Positions 37,864 to 45,822 of a stretch of DNA of 64,000 nt are shown piece after piece. This stretch comes from an uncultured Oscillospiraceae bacterium. GTDB lineage: Bacteria; Bacillota; Clostridia; Oscillospirales; Ruminococcaceae. The notes under the pieces are model-generated. The model was given only the letters and a program-made list of their open reading frames with translations, did not search any database and was not told the origin of the DNA. Where the stretch lies: assembly GCA_964369345.1 (NCBI GenBank), contig CAYJFF010000001.1:33-64032 (forward strand), in the 5' to 3' direction. How positions within the stretch are numbered: position 1 is the first letter of the stretch; every line of letters begins with the position of its first letter. The position numbers and the translations under genes were made by a program.

Positions 37864-38448
37864 TTATACACTAAATATTTTTTTGCTAATAAAATATACT
37901 ACTACAATAGCTACTGGTCGTAGCACTATAGCAGAAACACCATATAGCACCACGGCTATCACCGCTATGCTCACTAGCATTGTTACAAACACTGCCGATA
38001 TTATCTCTGATATAACCTCGCCCTTACCCACACCCCACAGGCACACAGCTGTGCTATGTAGCACCGACCAGCCGTCAAGCCCCTTTAGTGGCATTAAGTG
38101 GTATATTGCTATGCTCGTGTTTGCGACAGAAAATTCATCATACCCACAGTAATATAACAAAGCACCCATAAGCAAGTTAAAAACAGGGCCACAGAGTAGC
38201 ACTATCAGCTCGTTACTACTCTTGCAGTGCCTGCTATGGTTTATTATTATGCCACCCATGCTCAGCTCTACTTTTTCTACCCCCACACCCAGTGTCAGCA
38301 TAGCCAGTAGATGCCCTATCTCGTGTAGCAGTGCCGCTAGTATAAAATCCTGCGCCATACCACCACCATCTATTACAATAAAGACTGCCAGTATCGCAAA
38401 AAAGAAAAAGCTAACACGCCACGCAATGCCCCAAAAAATAAAACTCAC
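37864..38448 (-). CDS. Minimal site-2 protease (peptidase M50 family, 194 aa, no PDZ or CBS domain)
   Basis: HEIGH lies in a TM helix (LLHEIGHLLAM), with a second S2P motif IAIYHLMPLKGLDG. The protein is wholly membrane-embedded. Confidence 0.7.
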   Translation of the reverse strand: MSFIFWGIAWRVSFFFFAILAVFIVIDGGGMAQDFILAALLHEIGHLLAMLTLGVGVEKVELSMGGIIINHSRHCKSSNELIVLLCGPVFNLLMGALLYYCGYDEFSVANTSIAIYHLMPLKGLDGWSVLHSTAVCLWGVGKGEVISEIISAVFVTMLVSIAVIAVVLYGVSAIVLRPVAIVVVYFISKKIFSV

Positions 38449-38456
38449 ACAGCCAC

Positions 38457-39284
38457 CTAGTAGTATAAATTCATGGGGTCTATGTAATTCCCATCTACCA
38501 ATACCTCAAAATGCAGGTGCGACCCAGTGGATACACCTGTGCTACCAACCTTTGCTATTTTTTCGCCAACGCGTACTACCTCGCCCACCACCCTTGTTAT
38601 CTCCTCGCAGTGGCTATATGTTGTTGATATTCTCTCTCCGTGGCTTATCTCTATATAGTTACCATATATATCAGAGTAGCCTATTTCTTCTACCTCGCCA
38701 GGTAACACAGCCGATATGTAGTCACCCTGTGGCGCAGCTATATCCACACCAGTATGGAAGTCAAGATTGCCACTTATGGGGTGTATGCGTGGCCCGAAGT
38801 GTGAGGTTACCTCCCCCTCCAATGGATAAATCGCCTTTGCACTGAGCACCACTCTACCCAGAGTTAAGTTGTCTGGGATATGCATTTCTTCTCCACCCAT
38901 GCCAGCTGTGCTAATAAATGCCAGGCTACTTGCGGTGTTAGCCATACTCGCAAAGTTAATCGACTGGCTATCCACCCCCAGTTCATCTAGTAGTGACTGC
39001 ACCTCTGGACTGCTGATAATCCCCTCTGCTATCTGTCCTACAAACACAGCCTCACCAAACCCCTCGCCTGTCATCGCACCATTATAGTACACTCCCACTG
39101 CCTCATATGTTTCTTCATTAATGAACTGTAATGTAAATATAGCCGTCACTGCTAATACACATATAACAGTTTGTGCCACTGTCAATAGCGCACTTATATC
39201 TGTACTACTCAGCCTGTCGTCGGCTCTTTTATTGTTTCCAGAACGCACTGTCATATATCTACTATTCCTATTATTTTCCACCAA
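38457..39284 (-). CDS. Membrane-anchored M23 (LytM-type) metallopeptidase
   Basis: An N-terminal TM anchor is followed by an M23 domain with intact HxxxD (HTGVDIAAP) and HxH (GSHLHFEV) motifs. Confidence 0.8.
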   Translation of the reverse strand: MVENNRNSRYMTVRSGNNKRADDRLSSTDISALLTVAQTVICVLAVTAIFTLQFINEETYEAVGVYYNGAMTGEGFGEAVFVGQIAEGIISSPEVQSLLDELGVDSQSINFASMANTASSLAFISTAGMGGEEMHIPDNLTLGRVVLSAKAIYPLEGEVTSHFGPRIHPISGNLDFHTGVDIAAPQGDYISAVLPGEVEEIGYSDIYGNYIEISHGERISTTYSHCEEITRVVGEVVRVGEKIAKVGSTGVSTGSHLHFEVLVDGNYIDPMNLYY

Positions 39285-39468
39285 TATTCCCCCACTTCAC
39301 TTTTTATATTATTTATATGCCCATGAATATAAATAAAGAACAAGCTGTCGAGTAGCCTGCACACAATTCTTTCTTGTTACAAATCTCGACTACATTATTG
39401 TCTAGCAAAATAATTTTAGTAAAATAAATCTTTATATCTTTTTAATATGTACTTGAAAACTTCTATAA

Positions 39469-39498
39469 TTCGACAAATTTCGACAAATTTCTACAAAA
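39469..39498. repeat. Three tandem 10-bp direct repeats in the divergent intergenic region
   Basis: The units are TTCGACAAAT, TTCGACAAAT and TTCTACAAAA, head to tail. Confidence 0.8.
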
Positions 39499-39595
39499 AA
39501 AATTTAAAATTAGGATTAATAACCACTTTTATTTGTAAAATTTATAGGATAATTCAACAAAATTAGTTAATAATATGCTCAAGCACGCACTATTA

Positions 39596-39624
39596 TTGAC
39601 AAAAACAGGTAATTGTGATACAAT
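39596..39624 (+). promoter_or_regulatory. Sigma-A promoter of the small-membrane-protein / response-regulator unit
   Basis: TTGACA, 17-nt spacer, TACAAT. Confidence 0.6.
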
Positions 39625-39663
39625 AATTACATTCTTAAAGGCAACTAGAGGGAGGGAATTATT

Positions 39664-39984
39664 ATGCTAGGTATATTATTGTTTATCTACATTGGTCTAA
39701 TTATTGTCACCGCACTCTTAATAGCAGGCATGTATCTGATAAAAAACCAGAAACTGACAAATGTTATCTTCTGTTCGTTAGCTGTTTTCAACATGTTCTT
39801 GATAGCTATTTCGGTTGCTTCATACCCTACAAACTTCCAGATAGAAAAAATGATGACAGGTATGATATCCGTTTTTCTCATCCCAGCGTTTGTAATATTT
39901 GTTACCCAAAAAGAAAAAAGACTACTCGCTAAACATTTTTTGACACTCACATCTGTTCTACTATTCATAGATTTATTTATATAA
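39664..39984 (+). CDS. Small membrane protein (106 aa, 3-4 TM), function unknown
   Basis: A GGAGGGAA RBS sits 7 nt upstream and the ORF is hydrophobic. It lies 48 nt upstream of the response regulator. Confidence 0.55.
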   Translation: MLGILLFIYIGLIIVTALLIAGMYLIKNQKLTNVIFCSLAVFNMFLIAISVASYPTNFQIEKMMTGMISVFLIPAFVIFVTQKEKRLLAKHFLTLTSVLLFIDLFI

Positions 39985-40032
39985 AGCCAAACCGATTTTC
40001 TACTTTTAACTTCTAGGTAAGGAGCAACTTTT

Positions 40033-40716
40033 ATGAAGATACTGATTGTCGACCATGAGTACGAAACCATAAACTTAATAAAGCTATATCTAACAAACGA
40101 AAACTACGAGATGATAGAGGCTCTTAGTGCAGAAGACGCACTTACCAAAATAAATCATAACGTAGACTTGATAATAATGGATATAGACCTACCCGACACC
40201 GACGGTTTCCGATTATGCTCTACTATCCGTGAAAGTTTTGCAATGCCTATAATTTTCTTAACAGCTAGGAACGAGGAGCTGGACAGGCTAACTGCCTTTA
40301 CTCTAGGGGCTGATGACTATATCACCAAGCCTTTTAACCCTATGGATTTACTGATGCGTGTTAAGTCAAATGTGCGCAGATATCGTGAATACTCAAACCC
40401 TACTTACAACCCACCCAACACTGTCGTGTATGGCGAACTAACACTTAATATAAACTCACACACAGCGCACAAAGATAATATACCACTAAAGCTCACTAAA
40501 AAAGAGTTTTCTATACTATATCTGCTTATAAAAAACCGTGGTAGAGTTTTTAGTCTTAAGCAGATTTACGAAAATGTCTGGGGAGAAGACAGCATATTAA
40601 ATACAGAGAGTACTGTTTCTGTCCATATACGTAATATTCGCGAAAAGATAGAAAATGACGTTTCCTCACCACAGTATATAAAAACCGTGTGGGGCGTGGG
40701 ATATCGTGTAGATTAG
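40033..40716 (+). CDS. OmpR/PhoB-family response regulator, with no cognate kinase in the window and an atypical acidic pocket
   Basis: The receiver has the phospho-Asp context LIIMDIDLP, Thr (IFLTA) and Lys (ITKPF). Its N-terminal acidic pair reads VDHE instead of the usual DD/ED. The C-terminal winged helix contains LT.KEF..L..L......V.S...I....WG and IKTVWGVGY. Confidence 0.85.
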   Translation: MKILIVDHEYETINLIKLYLTNENYEMIEALSAEDALTKINHNVDLIIMDIDLPDTDGFRLCSTIRESFAMPIIFLTARNEELDRLTAFTLGADDYITKPFNPMDLLMRVKSNVRRYREYSNPTYNPPNTVVYGELTLNINSHTAHKDNIPLKLTKKEFSILYLLIKNRGRVFSLKQIYENVWGEDSILNTESTVSVHIRNIREKIENDVSSPQYIKTVWGVGYRVD

Positions 40717-40955
40717 TTCTTGTAGGCGGTATGTTGGATATCACTTCTGACATATCGCTGTTTTATGCTTACTTGGCACAAATACATATCATATCTCCCA
40801 TATTATATTGTGACTACCAGCTTTTTAGGCTTTGTACTACACAAAAGTCTTTATTTTAGCAAAACACACAAAATTTGTGGATTTCTTCTAAACATTTTAC
40901 TTTTCTTACAATCAAAGTTATTTATTATCGTAGTAACCAAAAAAATACAGCAATA

Positions 40956-40999
40956 TCTTTATAAAATCTTATAAAAATCTTATATAATTCTTCATTCTA
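40956..40999 (+). promoter_or_regulatory. Four head-to-tail 11-bp direct repeats (TCTTaTAaAAa); candidate OmpR-family operator upstream of the GT2-HD gene
   Basis: The units are TCTTTATAAAA, TCTTATAAAAA, TCTTATATAAT and TCTTCATTCTA, with exact 11-bp phasing. The array ends about 31 bp upstream of a -10-like TATTAT (41031-41036) that has no good -35. Confidence 0.5.
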
Positions 41000-41081
41000 A
41001 ACTAAAAAGAATTTAATTTTTGTATGTTAGTATTATAAGGTAAGTGAAAAAACAATATTTTTTTAGATAGGCGAGTGTTGA

Positions 41082-42629
41082 ATGAAAATAAGCATAGTTA
41101 TACCTGCAGTAAACCCAGAAAAAGATTTTATCAAATATGTACGTTCATTACTATCAGCCGATATCGGTGATGTTGTCATCGTAAACGACGGTAGTAATGA
41201 GAATAAAACAAATATTTTTACACAACTAGACAAACTACCAAACTGCACCGTTTTGGATCACCCTATTAACCTAGGCAAGAGCACATCTATAAAAACAGCT
41301 ATAGCATATATAAAAGACCACAGGGACGACACAGATGCTATAGTAACTGTAGATGCAGACGGCAAACACCATATAAATGATGTACAGCGCATGTCACAGG
41401 CTATAATGGAGAACCCAAGTTCACTTATTATCGGTGTACGTTCTACCGACAAAGAAACAAATAACAAGAACAACTTCCGTCACGGATTTTCTTCTGTTTG
41501 CACCAAAATTCTATATGGTATAGACCTAGACGATACCCGCTCTGGCTTGCGTGCTTTTTCCCGTAGCAAGTTTGACAATATGCTAGCTATAGAGGGCAAT
41601 AGATACGAGTACGAGCTTAGCAGTATCATCAGCTCACAAAAAACAGGGCTTAATATAAAAGTAGTTCATATTCAGCCACAAGTAACAAAAACAGATAACA
41701 AGGTAAACCTGCCAATAGACAGAAAAGCTGTAAAAATATATCACGAAATGATAAAAGATGCTACACAGTTCATCGCTATTACAGCGCTTAAAACAATAGC
41801 CGACCTTTCTCTGTTCTTCTTGATATACGACTTTATCTTTGGTGTTATGGGCGTTATCCCAGCACTTATGGTTGCAGCACTTATTTCACGCATTTTTGCT
41901 AGTTTCTGTGGCCAGGTAATAAGCAAACGCATATTCATAGGCACCATGCTAGAAGAAAATGAAAATCGCTTTAGTCGCTCTGTTATTTGGCTGGGCAAAC
42001 TAACACTTTCTAGCATAGCTGTTGCTGTGCTACAGGCTATTATCCCATGGAGCATAGTCCTAATAAAAGCTATAGTCGATATAACTATCGCTATCATCGG
42101 CTACCAAGTACTGCTACACACATCTTTCAAGGCTGACGACGCTTTTGATAAAAAAACAAGCAATGTAATAAGTATTTCTGACCAGCAACACTATATGGAG
42201 CTAGTTTCTGATATCGTAGAAAACCCACTGGTACAGGATATGCGCAACATACAGCACCACTCCAAGCATGCAAACAGGCTTGACCACAGCGTATATGTGT
42301 CTTTTGTGTCCTACAAAATATGCAAACGCATGGGGCTTGACTATACCGCTGCTGCACGTGCCGGCTTGCTACACGATTTCCAGATAGCATCTAACCTAGA
42401 AAAGAAACACTGCCGTTTTGTAATGTTCTTTAAACACCCCAAAATAGCAGCTAAACACTCAGCACAGACATTCAAGATTTCTAAACTCGAAGAAAACATA
42501 ATCGAGCGCCATATGTGGCCTGCTACACCACTTGCAATACCAAGATACAAAGAGTCTTTTATAGTTAGCTCTGTAGACAAGTATTGTGCTATTGTAGAGA
42601 TAATGGGTGGCCATAAAAAAGCGTGCTAG
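41082..42629 (+). CDS. Three-module fusion protein: family-2 glycosyltransferase (GtrB/DPM1-like), then a GtrA-like 4-TM region, then a C-terminal HD-domain phosphohydrolase
   Basis: The N-terminus is MKISIVIPAVN...VNDGS...NLGKS...VDADG (GT2 with DxD). Residues ~225-345 hold four TM helices. The C-terminus has H...HS.YV......ICKRMGLDY..AARAGLLHDF ... HMWP ... KES.IVS.VDKYCA, the HD motif. Confidence 0.7.
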   Translation: MKISIVIPAVNPEKDFIKYVRSLLSADIGDVVIVNDGSNENKTNIFTQLDKLPNCTVLDHPINLGKSTSIKTAIAYIKDHRDDTDAIVTVDADGKHHINDVQRMSQAIMENPSSLIIGVRSTDKETNNKNNFRHGFSSVCTKILYGIDLDDTRSGLRAFSRSKFDNMLAIEGNRYEYELSSIISSQKTGLNIKVVHIQPQVTKTDNKVNLPIDRKAVKIYHEMIKDATQFIAITALKTIADLSLFFLIYDFIFGVMGVIPALMVAALISRIFASFCGQVISKRIFIGTMLEENENRFSRSVIWLGKLTLSSIAVAVLQAIIPWSIVLIKAIVDITIAIIGYQVLLHTSFKADDAFDKKTSNVISISDQQHYMELVSDIVENPLVQDMRNIQHHSKHANRLDHSVYVSFVSYKICKRMGLDYTAAARAGLLHDFQIASNLEKKHCRFVMFFKHPKIAAKHSAQTFKISKLEENIIERHMWPATPLAIPRYKESFIVSSVDKYCAIVEIMGGHKKAC

Positions 42630-42653
42630 TACACGCTATGAGAGGAAACTTTT

Positions 42654-43301
42654 TTGAAAACATACAACAGCAACAACACACTTTTAGCAAAACCACATAA
42701 CAGTTTTGTAAAGATACTTGTTAGGTGCACATCATACCTACTGATATTATCCGTTATCGCCCTAGCTCTTTATGGCTACTTTAGTGGCTGGTTTTCATCA
42801 GTTACAGAGATAAAAACATATATAACCAGCTTTGGTAGCATATCTGTTATTGTCTTTATAATGGCACAGCTACTACAGGTAGTGCTCCCAATAATCCCAA
42901 ACCCCGTGCTTTCTATTGCAGGTGTTATTATTTTCGGCCCTGTGTGGGGTTTTGTGTTTAATCTTGCAGGTATTTTCATTGGCTCTATGCTGTCTTTCTG
43001 GCTATCAAAAAGATTTGGCAGGATAGTAATAACCAGTATTTTCCCACAAAAGATAATAGATAAATATGATAACTGGACCTCACGCGAAACTACCTCACTA
43101 AGGTTATTTACGGTGGCTATGTTACTTCCCTTTATGCCACACGACTTTTTGTCATACCTAGCTGGTACAACAAAAATAACATGGCGACAGTTTGCTATCA
43201 TGACTATTATCGGGCGTGCAATAGCAGTTTCTATCTACAGCATTTTCTTTGATATAGTGAGTGTTGGTATCGTAGATACTATGTCCACATATATCTCATA
43301 G
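42654..43301 (+). CDS. TVP38/TMEM64-type (DedA-superfamily, SNARE-associated) membrane protein
   Basis: QVVLPIIPNPVLSIAGVIIFGPVWGFVFNLAGIFIGSMLSFWLSKRFGR is characteristic of the family. It uses a TTG start with a GAGAGGAAA RBS, 25 nt after the GT2-HD stop. Confidence 0.75.
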   Translation: MKTYNSNNTLLAKPHNSFVKILVRCTSYLLILSVIALALYGYFSGWFSSVTEIKTYITSFGSISVIVFIMAQLLQVVLPIIPNPVLSIAGVIIFGPVWGFVFNLAGIFIGSMLSFWLSKRFGRIVITSIFPQKIIDKYDNWTSRETTSLRLFTVAMLLPFMPHDFLSYLAGTTKITWRQFAIMTIIGRAIAVSIYSIFFDIVSVGIVDTMSTYIS

Positions 43302-43314
43302 CTTAATTATAATA

Positions 43315-43348
43315 GTTGCTACAGAGTTTTTCTGTGGCAACTTTTTTT
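43315..43348 (+). terminator. Intrinsic terminator after the TVP38 gene
   Basis: The stem GUUGCUACAG / CUGUGGCAAC has one G-U pair and is followed by UUUUUUU. Confidence 0.8.
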
Positions 43349-43357
43349 GCTATTTGC

Positions 43358-43386
43358 TTGTAAATTTTACATAAATATACTATAAT
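43358..43386 (+). promoter_or_regulatory. Sigma-A promoter of the MATE gene, overlapped by a 13-bp palindrome
   Basis: TTGTAA, 17-nt spacer, TATAAT. The palindrome TGTAAA-t-TTTACA at 43359-43371 covers the -35. Confidence 0.55.
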
Positions 43387-43464
43387 GGTATCCGTCACGA
43401 TAACTATGCAAAGAATGGATTTATAGTTTTAAAAAACTAACTGACACTTGAATGGAGCATTAAT

Positions 43465-44823
43465 ATGAATAAAAATATGAATTTGTCTGAGGGAAAACTG
43501 CTCCCCTCGCTACTCAAATTTACTATACCCATACTCTTTTCTATGCTACTGCAAGTAACATACGGCACTGTGGATTTGCTAATAGTATCACAGTTTTCCA
43601 GTGTCGGCGATGTGTCCGCCGTTACCATAGGCAGCCAGTTTATGCAGACTGTAACTACATTTTGTACTGGCTTATCCATGGGTACAACTATCCTGCTTGG
43701 GCAATATATAGGCGCTAACCAAAAAGACAAAACTGGCAAAGTAGTCGGCGTGAGTGTACTTCTATTTACCATACTAGCTGTTGTTATCACCTTGCTACTC
43801 ACAGTTTTTAGTAGTGTTATTGTAGATATAATGAACACACCAGCCGAGGCTATATCACAGGCGTGCTCATACCTTACTATCTGTGCGATTGGCTCTGTGT
43901 TTATAGTCGCATACAACTTGCTGGGCAGTGTTTTTCGTGGAATAGGCGACTCCCACACGCCTTTTATCGCTGTACTAATAGCATGCATAGTGAATATAGT
44001 GCTAGACTTATTCTTTGTTGCTGTGCTGGATATGGGTGCTGCTGGTGCTGCTTACGCCACTGTTATCGCACAGGCGTCCAGCGTTGCAATATCACTACTG
44101 CTCATCAGCAAAAAGCCACTACCTTTTGCTTTTTCTAGGGCAAATATCACACTGGATAAAGACTACACCAAGCGCATACTAAAACTAGGCGTGCCAGTAG
44201 CCCTACAAAGCACGCTAGTTGGTGTCTCATTCTTGGTAGTCACCGCTATTGTAAATAAATTTGGCGTAACTGCCTCTGCTGCGGTCGGCATTGTAGAAAA
44301 AATCACAGGGCTTATAATGCTTGTGCCACTGTCTTTTATGCAGTCACTTTCTGTATTCACAGCACAGAGTATCGGCGCTAATAAGCATAGCCGTGCCAAA
44401 CGCGCACTGTTCTACAGCATAGCAATCTCGCTATCTTTTGGTGTTGTAATGGCATATCTATCTGCGTTCCACGGTACTATATTCACCAACCTGTTTATTG
44501 ATGACCCACTTACCACTGCCTCTGCCCTGCTCTACCTCAAATCCTATTCTTTTGATGTTGTTCTGGTGTGCTTTATTTTTTCATTCACTGGGTACTTCAA
44601 TGGCTGTGGAAAAACAAGCTTTGTTATGATACAGGCTGTTCTTGGTGCTTTTCTAGTTAGGATACCACTCGCCTTTTATTTCAGCATACTGCCAGATACC
44701 AACCTGTTTATTATAGGGCTTGCAACCCCAATATCCACCGCCCTACAAATCATTATGTGTATGGTATATTACGCTCGCTACCAAAAGACAACAAGATACA
44801 CAAACAAGCTTTCTCATACTTAG
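43465..44823 (+). CDS. MATE-family efflux transporter
   Basis: 12-TM protein of 452 aa. Its N-terminus, LLKFTIPILFSMLLQVTYGTVDLLIVSQF, is typical of MATE/NorM proteins. Confidence 0.8.
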   Translation: MNKNMNLSEGKLLPSLLKFTIPILFSMLLQVTYGTVDLLIVSQFSSVGDVSAVTIGSQFMQTVTTFCTGLSMGTTILLGQYIGANQKDKTGKVVGVSVLLFTILAVVITLLLTVFSSVIVDIMNTPAEAISQACSYLTICAIGSVFIVAYNLLGSVFRGIGDSHTPFIAVLIACIVNIVLDLFFVAVLDMGAAGAAYATVIAQASSVAISLLLISKKPLPFAFSRANITLDKDYTKRILKLGVPVALQSTLVGVSFLVVTAIVNKFGVTASAAVGIVEKITGLIMLVPLSFMQSLSVFTAQSIGANKHSRAKRALFYSIAISLSFGVVMAYLSAFHGTIFTNLFIDDPLTTASALLYLKSYSFDVVLVCFIFSFTGYFNGCGKTSFVMIQAVLGAFLVRIPLAFYFSILPDTNLFIIGLATPISTALQIIMCMVYYARYQKTTRYTNKLSHT

Positions 44824-44830
44824 TATAAAA

Positions 44831-44876
44831 AAACAAGCTCATTCACCAAACTAATGGTAAGTGAGCTTGTTTTTAT
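44831..44876. terminator. Bidirectional terminator between the convergent MATE and AEC genes
   Basis: The stem acaagctca / tgagcttgt is flanked by an A-run and a T-run. Confidence 0.65.
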
Positions 44877-44883
44877 TTGAATG

Positions 44884-45822
44884 TTATAATATTTCCAGTA
44901 GCCTCAGCACCCATATTATAAGGAACATAGTAAAAATTGATAGAACAGATGTGAACACCACAGTACTAGCTGCAAGGTCGGCATCTCCACCCATTTTCTC
45001 CGCCATGGTGTAGGAGCTAACCGCAACTGGCGAGCCAAACACTGCCATTATACACGCTATTTCCACACCCTCAAACCCTAGTAGCACTGCTAGCGTTATT
45101 GCAATAGCAGGTATTACTATGAGCTTGCCCAGCGTTATGGTGATTAGCTGTGGCAAAAAGCCTGTTATCTTCCTGAACTCAAAGCTTGCACCTAATATAA
45201 ACAAGGCAAATGGTGTTGCTATACTGCCTAGACTTATTAGCGCAGAGTCCAAAAAGCTAGGTATTGTTATGCTATAATAAGAGAACACCATACCCAGTAC
45301 TGTTCCTATAATAAGTGGATTTGTTAATATAGAGAGTAGCACTCTGCCAATCTTTACATTCTTTGTGCCACAGTATGACAATGCAATTACAGAAAAAACA
45401 TTGAATAGCGGAATAACAACTGCTATGAGCAGTGATGCCAGTGCCACATTGCCACCTGGGAACAGGGCTGTTATCAGTGGTATGCCGTACAGTGCGTAGT
45501 TAGACCTGCAAATACCCTGTATCATTACACCACGTCGCCTGTTATCACGCTCTACACCCACCACAAACAGCGCAGTAGATAAAAACGAAAATACTATTAG
45601 CACTGCTACAAAAACCAGTATTTTTATATCTGCTAGGTTCTCGAAATCCGTTGCTCTGGTGTTGTTAAATAGTAGAACAGCCAGAAACACCTTGAACAGA
45701 ACACTATTGCACTGAGAAACAGTGGAGGCATCCAGTAGTTTTAATCTACGAGAAACATACCCCACAGCCATAAGCATGAGCAGTGGGAGCACTATATTTG
45801 CAGAAAACAATATATCTTCCAT
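44884..45822 (-). CDS. AEC-family (auxin efflux carrier-like) permease
   Basis: 10-TM protein of 312 aa. Its start overlaps the LacI stop (TAATG). Confidence 0.65.
   Translation of the reverse strand: MEDILFSANIVLPLLMLMAVGYVSRRLKLLDASTVSQCNSVLFKVFLAVLLFNNTRATDFENLADIKILVFVAVLIVFSFLSTALFVVGVERDNRRRGVMIQGICRSNYALYGIPLITALFPGGNVALASLLIAVVIPLFNVFSVIALSYCGTKNVKIGRVLLSILTNPLIIGTVLGMVFSYYSITIPSFLDSALISLGSIATPFALFILGASFEFRKITGFLPQLITITLGKLIVIPAIAITLAVLLGFEGVEIACIMAVFGSPVAVSSYTMAEKMGGDADLAASTVVFTSVLSIFTMFLIIWVLRLLEIL

Noticed and set aside
40765-40974. A 69-aa ORF between the response regulator and the GT2-HD gene.
   Set aside because: It has no RBS and an AT-driven Leu/Ile/Lys/Tyr composition. It runs into the 11-bp repeat array, so the region is better explained as regulatory DNA.
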